This document shows positions 56,033 to 64,000 of a DNA stretch of 64,000 nt, piece by piece. Position numbers and translations under genes: made by a program. Position 1 is the first letter of the stretch; every line of letters begins with the position of its first letter. This DNA is from an uncultured Brevinematales bacterium (lineage in GTDB: Bacteria; Spirochaetota; Brevinematia; Brevinematales; CAYRWR01), in assembly GCA_964428015.1 (NCBI GenBank), contig CAYRWR010000019.1, forward strand, positions 503-64,502, written 5' to 3'. The notes beneath the pieces are model-generated. The model worked only from the letters and a program-made list of their open reading frames with translations, searched no databases and was not told the origin of the DNA.

Positions 56033-57886
56033 TTAATATATTTGAAAATCAGCTGGCGTATTCGCGCTGAATACCGCTCTATTGGTAGTCCATACCAGAT
56101 TGTTGGTAGAAATAAAAAAGCCATATCCCGAATTACCGGTACATTGCAGGTCACTCAGGTTTAAATTGATATTAGATGCTGTCTGGTTCAAGATATAAAG
56201 TCCTCCCCCTCCATTAATGGAGCTGGAGTTATTCCTGATCAGTAGATTGGTCAGCTGGTAGGTTTGAGATCCGCTATTTTTATCAAACCGCAAATACAAT
56301 GCTCCACCTGTGTTGTATACTGTATTTGAAGAAATCACCGTATTATATATATTATTGGGATATCCTTCTACCGCGATACCACCGCCGCTTTGATTTATAG
56401 AGGTATTGTACAATAATATCAGATTATGCAGATTATTATGGTGTGCATCATAGATCGAGATTCCTCCCCCGTTACCATATTCACAGGAATTGGAAATAAA
56501 AATTCCTGTGACATCATTATAGTGGCTGTTGGATAAGGCCAGTCCGCCTCCATACACATAAGATTGATTCAAAACAGACTGAATAATAAATTTATTAGTA
56601 GAGCAATTAATAGCCCAGGCCAGGCCCCCAAAGGTATAGGCCCGGTTATGTTGGCCTGTAAGGGTAAAATCTGAGTAATTACATCGCAGAAATTTTAACG
56701 CACCAGCTGAATCTCCGCTGTTGATATTGGCAATACAAGTCATATCTAGAGTATTGGATTGGCAGTCTAAAAACCAGGCGCCAGAGGTTTCGAAATAACT
56801 GGTGTTGGAAATGATCGAAAAGGCGCTGAATTGGTTAAAATGGCTATTACTAATAAACATGGGCCAAACACCGGGTTGAAGAATCTGGGCATGCAGCTGG
56901 ACTGAACCTGTAATCAGGTTATGATGTGAGTTTTGTATCCAGAAAGCAGTCACATGATAGGGATTAAAGTTGCTTTTTAAGTTTATATTAAGGCTGTTCC
57001 TGTGTGCGTCCCCTATATAGCACCCCCCTGCCTGACCGTCATTACCGGTCACTGCATTGCTGATCACATCCAGGTTTTCCCAGCGGCTGTCATAGAGATT
57101 GAGGGCATAAATCCCTCCTCCGTGGCTGACTGATGAATTGGAAATTATGGTAACCTGCATCAATGTTATATCAGTACAGCTTGTGATAAAAATCCCTCCG
57201 CCACATCCTTCTGCAAAATTGTTGGATAGTATACAATTTCTCAGCACGATATCAGCACTTCCGGATATATAAATCCCTCCACCGTTGGTAGATATGCCGT
57301 TGATGTCAGTTCTGGATCCGGTCAGCCATAATTTATCCAGGAGATGGTTGTGACTGTTAGTAATTACCAATCCATGTCTGAACCCAGTTGCCTGAATATA
57401 GGAATATCCCAATTGGTTCTGAAAGAAGGGGTCCCATCCTCCACGAAGGGAAATCCCGGGGTGAGAGAGGATGATAGCAGCTTTCCCATTGGTCAGCCCC
57501 TGACTCAGGTTATACTGGCCTTTAGCCAGCCAGATATTGGTAGCTCCCAGCTCCTGGGCACGGGCAATTGCAGTGGATATTCTCAGTAGGGGATACCCGG
57601 AATTAGTACCCAGGTTATTTTCATCTACTCCATTGGGAGCCACAAAAATGACCAATCCTGGTCCTAAAGAGAACAAATCCTTCCAACGGTTTATAAAAGG
57701 GGGAGTAAGCAGGCTGCACCCACTCAATAGCAGAAATAAAATGGTGATTAGAACGCGATACAAATTCACGCTCCGTAATATGAAGAGTCTGTTGTTCGCA
57801 CAACCAGTATATATTTTAGAGCACAAGACTTTTTTTGACAAGAAATCTGAGTATCTTTGTATGATCAATGAGCATGTCATTATCAA
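56033..57886 (-). CDS. right-handed parallel beta-helix repeat lipoprotein (Pmp-like GGG[IL] repeats)
   Basis: Lipobox LLLSGC. At least eight GGG-I/L-hydrophobic turns (GGGIYISG, GGGIFITS, GGGIYALN, GGGLALSN, GGGISIYD, GGGIAVEG, GGALYLRF, GGGLYILN). The true start is probably an internal TTG or GTG near LYRVLITILF. Confidence 0.72.
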   Translation of the reverse strand: MIMTCSLIIQRYSDFLSKKVLCSKIYTGCANNRLFILRSVNLYRVLITILFLLLSGCSLLTPPFINRWKDLFSLGPGLVIFVAPNGVDENNLGTNSGYPLLRISTAIARAQELGATNIWLAKGQYNLSQGLTNGKAAIILSHPGISLRGGWDPFFQNQLGYSYIQATGFRHGLVITNSHNHLLDKLWLTGSRTDINGISTNGGGIYISGSADIVLRNCILSNNFAEGCGGGIFITSCTDITLMQVTIISNSSVSHGGGIYALNLYDSRWENLDVISNAVTGNDGQAGGCYIGDAHRNSLNINLKSNFNPYHVTAFWIQNSHHNLITGSVQLHAQILQPGVWPMFISNSHFNQFSAFSIISNTSYFETSGAWFLDCQSNTLDMTCIANINSGDSAGALKFLRCNYSDFTLTGQHNRAYTFGGLAWAINCSTNKFIIQSVLNQSYVYGGGLALSNSHYNDVTGIFISNSCEYGNGGGISIYDAHHNNLHNLILLYNTSINQSGGGIAVEGYPNNIYNTVISSNTVYNTGGALYLRFDKNSGSQTYQLTNLLIRNNSSSINGGGGLYILNQTASNINLNLSDLQCTGNSGYGFFISTNNLVWTTNRAVFSANTPADFQIY

Positions 57887-58030
57887 TCAGTATGAGATGG
57901 CATAGAAGCATGAACCGGATCCTGGTGCATGATCTTCTTTTCGATTCTACTGTACTCACTCCTCAGAAAGCACTGGTGCCTAATATGTGAAAAATGTATT
58001 CAACAATAAGTATGCGAGCTACCTTAATTT

Positions 58031-58612
58031 CTATCTAACTGAGATTCCCTGCATAATAAATTCAGTAACAAGAAATAAGATATCAGGAAAGTATTCCAAA
58101 CCGATTTCTTGTTTGTGGATGTCAAGGTAGGGGATGGCATTAAAAAGGGCATTAATCATTCCGGTACTGATATCTGACCTAATTTTATTCTGACTTTTCC
58201 ACAACTCAATCAGTTCCAGCTTCCCCTGGTTCATATATTCTTCCAGATTTTTGATGCCGTTGTGTTTCAGAAAATGTTTCTCCAGTTTTTTAAAAAGCTC
58301 TTTGTTATACCATTCACTGAGTATCCGGTTAGCATTCATTTCTTTGATATTCCGGTTAAGCAAGGTCACTGCAAACTGAACCGGCTCCAAAGAATAATCC
58401 ATGTCCGCAAGCAGTTTCTTCTTAAGCCCTTCATTTTCATGAAGATATAACTCCACAAAAAGTTCCTCTTTGGAGGAGTAAAAATTATAAAATGTTCCCA
58501 CAGCAATCTGAGCAGCCTGGGCGATTTCTGCTATTCCTGTCTTTTTAAATCCCTTTTTAAGAAAGACTTTGCGCCCGGCACGGAATATATCTTCTTTTTT
58601 TGAATCTGTCAT
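58031..58612 (-). CDS. TetR/AcrR family transcriptional regulator
   Basis: The N-terminal HTH is FLKKGFKKTGIAEIAQAAQIAVGTFYNFYSSKEELF. A 4-nt ATGA overlap joins it to the upstream gene. Confidence 0.88.
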   Translation of the reverse strand: MTDSKKEDIFRAGRKVFLKKGFKKTGIAEIAQAAQIAVGTFYNFYSSKEELFVELYLHENEGLKKKLLADMDYSLEPVQFAVTLLNRNIKEMNANRILSEWYNKELFKKLEKHFLKHNGIKNLEEYMNQGKLELIELWKSQNKIRSDISTGMINALFNAIPYLDIHKQEIGLEYFPDILFLVTEFIMQGISVR

Positions 58613-59376
58613 TTTTGTACTTTCTTGTGGTTACTACGATCAATTAAATTCCCGATTATTTTTGTAAAATAGGGCAAACCTACCGGATAATAAAAATCTG
58701 ATTCAAACCATCCCATATCGCGGTAGTATGTATAATCCCGGTACTCTTCATTCAATTCATTTTTTATACCGGCTCGTGACATCCTGAAGATCATCAGTTC
58801 GAAGAGTGATGGTTTTTTCAGTTTATTTTTCCTTTTTAGATTTCCATAGAATTTTTTTGCCAGTACTTCAATTTTTTTTTCGTTCTGTTTCAGGGTTTTT
58901 TCCTGTGCAGGTTCACGGGTGGTTAAACATATGGCAGGGACCACACTGAATCCCAGCGGTTTACTTATGAAGTTTAAATAAGAGGTTATTTTGGTACCAC
59001 CGAAAATTCCCTGGTTAACGATGCCTGAAAATGTTTTTCCAAAAAAGCGCGGGCGGTGGAATATGTAAGCTATTCTATCCAGAAATATCTTCATATAACC
59101 TGAAACGTGAAAGGAATAATTGGGGGTTGCAAAAATAACCCCATCAGATTCTTCCATTTTTTTGACTAAAATATCCCTGTCGTCCTGGTGAGGGCAGTAT
59201 TCCTCTCCCTTGTCGAAACATACCAGACAACCTTTACAGGTTTTAAGATTCCAATCGCTTAACAAGACTATTTCGCCGGTAATGTCATCATATTTTTGAA
59301 GGTGATTAAAAAAACTTTCTACCGCCTGATAGGTATGTTTTTTTCTCCCGTTTCCCACAAAGGCAGTGACTTTCAT
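58609..59376 (-). CDS. flavodoxin-like fold NAD(P)H-dependent FMN oxidoreductase / iron-sulfur flavoprotein-like
   Basis: A GGGAGG RBS precedes ATG 59376. Contains MKVTAFVGNGRKK, the Cys cluster CKGCLVCFDKGEEYCPH and VIFATPNY. Confidence 0.78.
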   Translation of the reverse strand: MKVTAFVGNGRKKHTYQAVESFFNHLQKYDDITGEIVLLSDWNLKTCKGCLVCFDKGEEYCPHQDDRDILVKKMEESDGVIFATPNYSFHVSGYMKIFLDRIAYIFHRPRFFGKTFSGIVNQGIFGGTKITSYLNFISKPLGFSVVPAICLTTREPAQEKTLKQNEKKIEVLAKKFYGNLKRKNKLKKPSLFELMIFRMSRAGIKNELNEEYRDYTYYRDMGWFESDFYYPVGLPYFTKIIGNLIDRSNHKKVQK

Positions 59377-59393
59377 GATGACCTCCCAGTCAG

Positions 59394-59428
59394 AATATGA
59401 ATGAATAAAAATATTATTCATTCATATT
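59394..59428. promoter_or_regulatory. 35-bp palindrome AATATGAATGAATAA-N5-TTATTCATTCATATT (probable TetR operator)
   Basis: Perfect 15-bp arms between the -10 box and the RBS of the flavoprotein-tetR operon. Confidence 0.55.
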
Positions 59429-59454
59429 ATATTGCGGCTTTTAGAAGTTGTCAA
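59426..59454 (-). promoter_or_regulatory. consensus sigma-70 promoter TTGACA-17-TATAAT
   Basis: On the minus strand, TTGACA is at 59454-59449 and TATAAT at 59431-59426. The -10 box overlaps the palindrome arm. Confidence 0.65.
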
Positions 59455-59698
59455 GGTGTAAAATTATTTTTATATTTGTCCATGAAGAAAAAAGTGGGAT
59501 AACACTATTCAATGCGATATTTCTTTCATGGTATGATAGTTAGAATGTTCTTTTTACGATAACAATTCACAGTATCTATCATGGCCCCTGTAATACTCTG
59601 CATTGCAGGCAGGATCGAAATCAGGCAATAGGAGTACCATCATAGAAATTTTTTTATGCCTGGAGGAAAGCAGGGAGCTATTTCTGCCCTTTTCCTTT

Positions 59699-60139
59699 CT
59701 ATTCCAGTGCCTGGGGAAAACCTTCAAAGTATTGTCCCTGGTTAAAAAAATCTTTCTTTACTTCTTCCACCATAGTAATACTGATGTAACCCCGGCAGGT
59801 GTGGCCTAAAGTATCTTTCAGGGGGACAATGTACCCCACACCATAAGAGGGGTGATGTTTAGTCGGGCCCCAGGCTGGTATCCATATGCCTGAAGGAATT
59901 TTCCCCAGGATATTACTCTGGTCCAGACTGTCCCAGACAGGGGAGGATCGGACATTTATATAACCCATTTCATTTTTCTGAATCCTGATGGCATGATTAT
60001 AGACACGGATATCTCCCAGTGGTAGACTCATGCTACACTTGCCCTCAATGGCTACAGGGACCTGGGAAATTTTAAGCGAAGTACAAGCTACACTCATAGT
60101 TAAAACATATAATAATATGAGTAAAGTCCTGAACTGCAC
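59699..60139 (-). CDS. small exported protein, possibly SH3b-like
   Basis: GTG start at 60139 with GGAGG 8 nt upstream. Signal QFRTLLILLYVLTMSVAC. The segment GYINVRSSPVWDS...ILGKIPSG is SH3b-like. Confidence 0.5.
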   Translation of the reverse strand: MQFRTLLILLYVLTMSVACTSLKISQVPVAIEGKCSMSLPLGDIRVYNHAIRIQKNEMGYINVRSSPVWDSLDQSNILGKIPSGIWIPAWGPTKHHPSYGVGYIVPLKDTLGHTCRGYISITMVEEVKKDFFNQGQYFEGFPQALE

Positions 60140-60209
60140 TAATTGGTCCTCCACTTTAGTTGTCAAATCGTCTGACGGTGTTGTGGCAAAATGTACTTTT
60201 GTACATCAA

Positions 60210-61322
60210 TTATTCTGTTAATAGGGTAAACGGATGAGGGTAGGTATAAGGACTATATCCCGGCATCAAGCTATGAAAATAATCCCTGCCCTCCTGGATA
60301 TGGGCCTGCTCCAGTCCCCGATCCTGGACCGATACGCGGGCTTCTCCATTAGTGTAGCTGTTATTCCAGATGTAAAAGTTATTGATCTGGTCCGGTGCCG
60401 GATAGGTGCAGGCGGAGAAACCGCAGGGCCCTGGGAGTTCCCCTACCGGAGTATCAAAGGAACGGTAGTTTGCGAAACAAATCGGCAGTGTAAATTTTCC
60501 ACTCAAGGTATTGTTAAATATCACACCACTGCCTCCCCGGATGTACATTCCATAATAGCTGCTGCCAGAAATCAGGGTGTTCTCATATATTTCTGAGGAA
60601 AATCCTCCGCGATCATTAAAGAAATTTCCATGTGTATCGATCTGAGTCGAATTCCGCGCAGAGGCTGATGAGATTGTATTATACCTGAATACATAACGTC
60701 CTCCATTAACGGACGTTACTGCATGGTCTCCTTTGGTCTGAAAATGAAAATAACAATCTTCAATAAAGATGGCATTGGAAGTACCCAGGGGGGCTCCTAG
60801 AGCCCATACCTCATTACCTGTCCCATTCCTGATGGAGATACTCTCTTGAGAGTCATCTTCAAAAACGCAGTGGTCTATAACCCCGGTGATATTGGCGTCC
60901 AGCATGACAGAATGGGCCCCGCCTGACCGGAAAGTACAATGATCGATACGGAAAAAATTACTATTTCCCTGGATCATGATGGCATTTTCATGCCCGGTAC
61001 CGCTGCCTTCAAATGTAAGACTGGTAATCCGCCAGTAAGATGGTGTGGAAATACGGATTAATATAGCTGATTCATTCCAGGCGGATTTCAGGTTTCTGAT
61101 AATAGTATTGGAACCCTGACCCCGTAATATAAGGGGACTAACTATGTTTATACTTTGACTAACAGTGTAGATACCGGCTGGTATTTCCAGGACCTGACCA
61201 GGCACTGACTGATCAATCAGGGATTGGAGATCTTCCCCCGTAAAGAGGGGCAGGTCAGAGGTCGAACAAGCCGCGTTTATAGAAATTATAAGTGCAAAGG
61301 CAATAATAACAATATTTTTCAT
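60210..61322 (-). CDS. secreted right-handed beta-helix (pectate-lyase-fold) protein
   Basis: Signal peptide IVIIAFALIISINAAC. Repeated turns of the type IxIxGxxNxxIxxCxF, for example IMIQGNSNFFRIDHCTF and VIDHCVFED. Confidence 0.7.
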   Translation of the reverse strand: MKNIVIIAFALIISINAACSTSDLPLFTGEDLQSLIDQSVPGQVLEIPAGIYTVSQSINIVSPLILRGQGSNTIIRNLKSAWNESAILIRISTPSYWRITSLTFEGSGTGHENAIMIQGNSNFFRIDHCTFRSGGAHSVMLDANITGVIDHCVFEDDSQESISIRNGTGNEVWALGAPLGTSNAIFIEDCYFHFQTKGDHAVTSVNGGRYVFRYNTISSASARNSTQIDTHGNFFNDRGGFSSEIYENTLISGSSYYGMYIRGGSGVIFNNTLSGKFTLPICFANYRSFDTPVGELPGPCGFSACTYPAPDQINNFYIWNNSYTNGEARVSVQDRGLEQAHIQEGRDYFHSLMPGYSPYTYPHPFTLLTE

Positions 61323-61712
61323 GGAGTACTTTAAGATATTTTTTCTATTTTCTCAAGGTATTACTATTTAGATTTCACGAAAGAAAGTGACATAATTTAC
61401 TCAGAAAGTTCCTGGTATATGTAGTGTAAAAAAGTAAGGAAAAAATTCTCTTCAATGTAATACCAAGCAATTGTTATATGTAATTTTTAGATTGTTTTTC
61501 AAAGGTATTTAATTCTAAACTATGTTCCCATTCATTTTGTTAACCATACAATTTATTAAAACTCTAGATATTTATTAATCAATCCATCAATCTCTAACAA
61601 ACACACAGAAAATACCTCGTAGTGTCTCTTGTATTTCTTTATTTTTCCCTCTCTTTGGGCTATAATATTTAGGAAAAAATCCGGGGAGCCAGTCTCCCCC
61701 CAAGGAAAGCAC

Positions 61713-62411
61713 ATGGCAAATATCAAATTCGGTATCCTGGTATTCCCCGGCACAAATTGCGACCGTGACAGCTTCTGGGTAGCAGAGCAGGTAGTCAAAC
61801 AGGATGCCCGATATATCTGGCATACCGATTCCGATATCTCGGACTGTGATGTGATAGTGGTACCGGGAGGGTTCTCCTATGGGGATTATCTCAGGGCCGG
61901 TGCCATAGCCCGTTTTTCACCGGTGCTTAAGGCAGTCAAGAAACATGCTTCCCAGGGACGTCCCGTACTGGGTATCTGCAACGGTTGGCAGGTTCTTGCT
62001 GAAACCGGATTGATCCGGGGTGCCTTCCTGCGCAACAAATCTGTCCACTTTAAGTGTCAGCACCAAACAATCAAATCAGTGGATAACAGTACCATGTTTA
62101 CTTCCCAGTACCAGTTGGATGAGGTCCTGCATATTCCCATCGCCCATGCTGAGGGCAATTTTTTCCTGAATGAAGATGACAAAAAATATACCCTGGATAA
62201 TGACCTGATTGCTTTTCAATATTGTGATGAACAGGGTATCGTGTCTGATGCCACAAATCCCAACGGCTCCACGCTCAATATTGCCGGAGTTTTCAACCAG
62301 GAGAAAAATGTGCTGGGTATGATGCCTCATCCTGAACGTGCCAGTGAAAAAGACCTGGGTTCAGAAGACGGTAAAAGGGTCTTTCTGAGCCTGATCGAAC
62401 GGCTGGCCTGA
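61713..62411 (+). CDS. purQ: phosphoribosylformylglycinamidine synthase, glutamine amidotransferase subunit
   Basis: KFGILVFPGTNCDRD, the catalytic Cys in GICNGWQ and MPHPER. Confidence 0.92.
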   Translation: MANIKFGILVFPGTNCDRDSFWVAEQVVKQDARYIWHTDSDISDCDVIVVPGGFSYGDYLRAGAIARFSPVLKAVKKHASQGRPVLGICNGWQVLAETGLIRGAFLRNKSVHFKCQHQTIKSVDNSTMFTSQYQLDEVLHIPIAHAEGNFFLNEDDKKYTLDNDLIAFQYCDEQGIVSDATNPNGSTLNIAGVFNQEKNVLGMMPHPERASEKDLGSEDGKRVFLSLIERLA

Positions 62412-63499
62412 TGGACATACTGCGGTCGGTACGTCCCAATATCCTGGGTATCGCCCCCTATGTTGCTGGTACCCGGGCTGCTTCACATCAGGGTAAGAGT
62501 ATCAAACTGGCTTCTAATGAAAATGCCTGGGGATCTTCTCCACTGGCTCTGGCTGCCATTCGCTCTGTCATAGATCAGGGGCTGGCAGAATATCCCGATT
62601 CTCATCAGACCGACCTCCGTGAAGCCACAGCCCGATTCTGGCAGGCCAGGGGTGCGGATATTTCTTCATCCCAGATAGTGTGCGGAGACGGATCGGGAGA
62701 AGTTTTATCCATGCTGATGGATGTTTTTCTTTCACCGGGAGACAGTATAGTCGTACCTGAGAAAAGTTTCATTCTTTATAATCTTATAGCCAGCCGTCAG
62801 GATGCTAAAATTATAGAAGTCCCACGCCGGTATTTTAACGCGGATACAACCGCTCTGGCCCGGGCCTCACAGGATGCCCGTGTAATCCTACTGGCCAATC
62901 CTGACAATCCAACTGCCGGTTTTCTGGATAAACAGGCCATTCTGGAGCTGATGGGTGCTGTACCTTCGAGTTGTATTGTACTTCTGGATGAAGCCTATAT
63001 CCATTTCGCGGGACTGGAGCACAGCCTGACAGATTGTATACAGCAATACCCCAATCTGGTAGTGAGTCATACCTTTTCCAAAGCCTATGGCCTGGCTGCA
63101 CTCAGGGTAGGGTATGCTATACTGCATCCTGCTCTGGCTGCCCAGATGCAGAAGATTCGTCTACCCTTCAACCTGGGACTGTTTCAGCAGGTGGGGGCCA
63201 TTGCCGCGCTATCAGATAATGGTTTTCTGGAAGATACGGTAAGACGAACTCAGGCAGGACGGGACAAACTGGTCAAATCCCTGGAGAAACTGGGTCTGAA
63301 AGTCCCGGTCAACTCCCGGGCCAATTTTATCATGGCTGATTTAGGCAGTGAAGATAGTCCGGTTTATCAGCATCTGACTGACCATGGTATCAGTATCCGC
63401 AACCTGGCTTCTTTCGGGTATACCGCGCGGTATGCCAGGATCACAATCGGACGCGAAGATGAAATGGATTATCTTATAAAAGTACTAAGCGAAAATTAG
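62411..63499 (+). CDS. hisC: histidinol-phosphate aminotransferase
   Basis: KLASNENAWG, the PLP lysine in FSKAYGLAALRVGY and IRITIG-like RITIGRE. Its start overlaps the purQ stop by 1 nt. Confidence 0.9.
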   Translation: MDILRSVRPNILGIAPYVAGTRAASHQGKSIKLASNENAWGSSPLALAAIRSVIDQGLAEYPDSHQTDLREATARFWQARGADISSSQIVCGDGSGEVLSMLMDVFLSPGDSIVVPEKSFILYNLIASRQDAKIIEVPRRYFNADTTALARASQDARVILLANPDNPTAGFLDKQAILELMGAVPSSCIVLLDEAYIHFAGLEHSLTDCIQQYPNLVVSHTFSKAYGLAALRVGYAILHPALAAQMQKIRLPFNLGLFQQVGAIAALSDNGFLEDTVRRTQAGRDKLVKSLEKLGLKVPVNSRANFIMADLGSEDSPVYQHLTDHGISIRNLASFGYTARYARITIGREDEMDYLIKVLSEN

Positions 63500-63507
63500 G
63501 AGCAGTT

Positions 63508-64000
63508 ATGCAGGCAATCGTTTTGGCTGGCGGGATGGGCCGTCAGATTAAAAGTGATCTGGGCAATATCCCCAAACCCATGGCAATCGTCAATGCCCGT
63601 CCCTTTGTGGAATTTGTGCTCCTGTATCTGAAGAAAAACGGAATCGATGATATCATCATATCCTGCGGCTACCTGCGCTCGGTGATTGAGAGCTACTTCG
63701 GCAACGGCAAGGACTGGGATATTAAAATTGCCTATACTGATGAGACCTTTCTCAGAGGTACAGGGGGCAGCGTCAAGCTGGCCGAAGAGCTGATTACTTC
63801 TGATACTTTTCTGGTGGTAAACGGGGATACTTTTCACGATGTGCCCATTTATGAGCTTATAGAATTTCATCTTTACCAGGACGCTTTGGTGACTATGGCC
63901 CTCAAGGAAAGCGACACCCCGGAACGCTTTGGCGCGGTGGAGCTTCTGGAAAACAAACAGATCAAACGCTTCCTGCCCAAAGGTTCCAAAGATGTCTCAC
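63508..64000 (+). CDS. sugar-phosphate nucleotidyltransferase, 5-prime part (runs off the right edge)
   Basis: This gene is absent from the ORF track because it has no stop in the window. AGGAG RBS at 63498-63502. Translation reads MQAIVLAGGMGRQ...KPMAIVNARPFVE...GTGGSVKLA...VVNGDTF, an NTP-transferase signature. Confidence 0.8.
   Translation, partial: MQAIVLAGGMGRQIKSDLGNIPKPMAIVNARPFVEFVLLYLKKNGIDDIIISCGYLRSVIESYFGNGKDWDIKIAYTDETFLRGTGGSVKLAEELITSDTFLVVNGDTFHDVPIYELIEFHLYQDALVTMALKESDTPERFGAVELLENKQIKRFLPKGSKDVS

Noticed and set aside
56011-56154. Upstream extension of the 54634 ORF overlapping the end of the beta-helix gene.
   Set aside because: It would overlap the upstream CDS by about 120 nt. 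The internal ATG 56010 gives a normal signal peptide.
63496-63870. A 124-aa minus-strand ORF at the right edge.
   Set aside because: The + strand frame starting at ATG 63508 with an AGGAG RBS encodes a clear nucleotidyltransferase N-terminus (LAGGMGRQ). The minus ORF is its shadow.

Overview
The window is a 64-kb chromosomal segment of a bacterium with moderate GC content (judged by eye). Many lipoprotein-type signal peptides suggest a diderm. The phylum cannot be fixed from the sequence; a free-living saccharolytic, spirochaete-like organism is only a guess. I saw no rRNA, tRNA, CRISPR array, transposase or integrase. Recognisable housekeeping genes are eno, argS, gpmI, dnaN, ndk, purQ, hisC, a NifS-like cysteine desulfurase, a SixA-like phosphatase, a DUF853/HerA-like ATPase and a 1864-aa alpha-2-macroglobulin. 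The main feature is a starch-degradation island of about 20 kb (7.2-27.0 kb). It holds five secreted GH13 enzymes, and three of them are each preceded by a paralogous small secreted beta-sandwich-like protein. All five share an unassigned module of about 168 aa, N-terminal in three and C-terminal in two. All five transcription units carry a near-perfect sigma-54 -24/-12 promoter. Four of these have a 14-bp LacI/cre-like palindrome exactly 7 nt downstream, and ATGCACA-type repeats lie upstream. No enhancer-binding protein gene or rpoN is in the window. Other notable items: (1) a GC-rich element with a 29-nt exact core in two inverted copies 15 kb apart; (2) an 878-aa lipoprotein with a threefold DLNKGAGG C-terminal repeat; (3) a beta-helix lipoprotein gene followed by a separate putative beta-barrel gene; (4) a TetR/flavoprotein operon with a consensus promoter overlapped by a 35-bp palindrome; (5) a pair of papain-fold peptidase lipoproteins; (6) dnaN without an adjacent dnaA. 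All homology calls rest on motifs read by eye and need HMM or BLAST confirmation.
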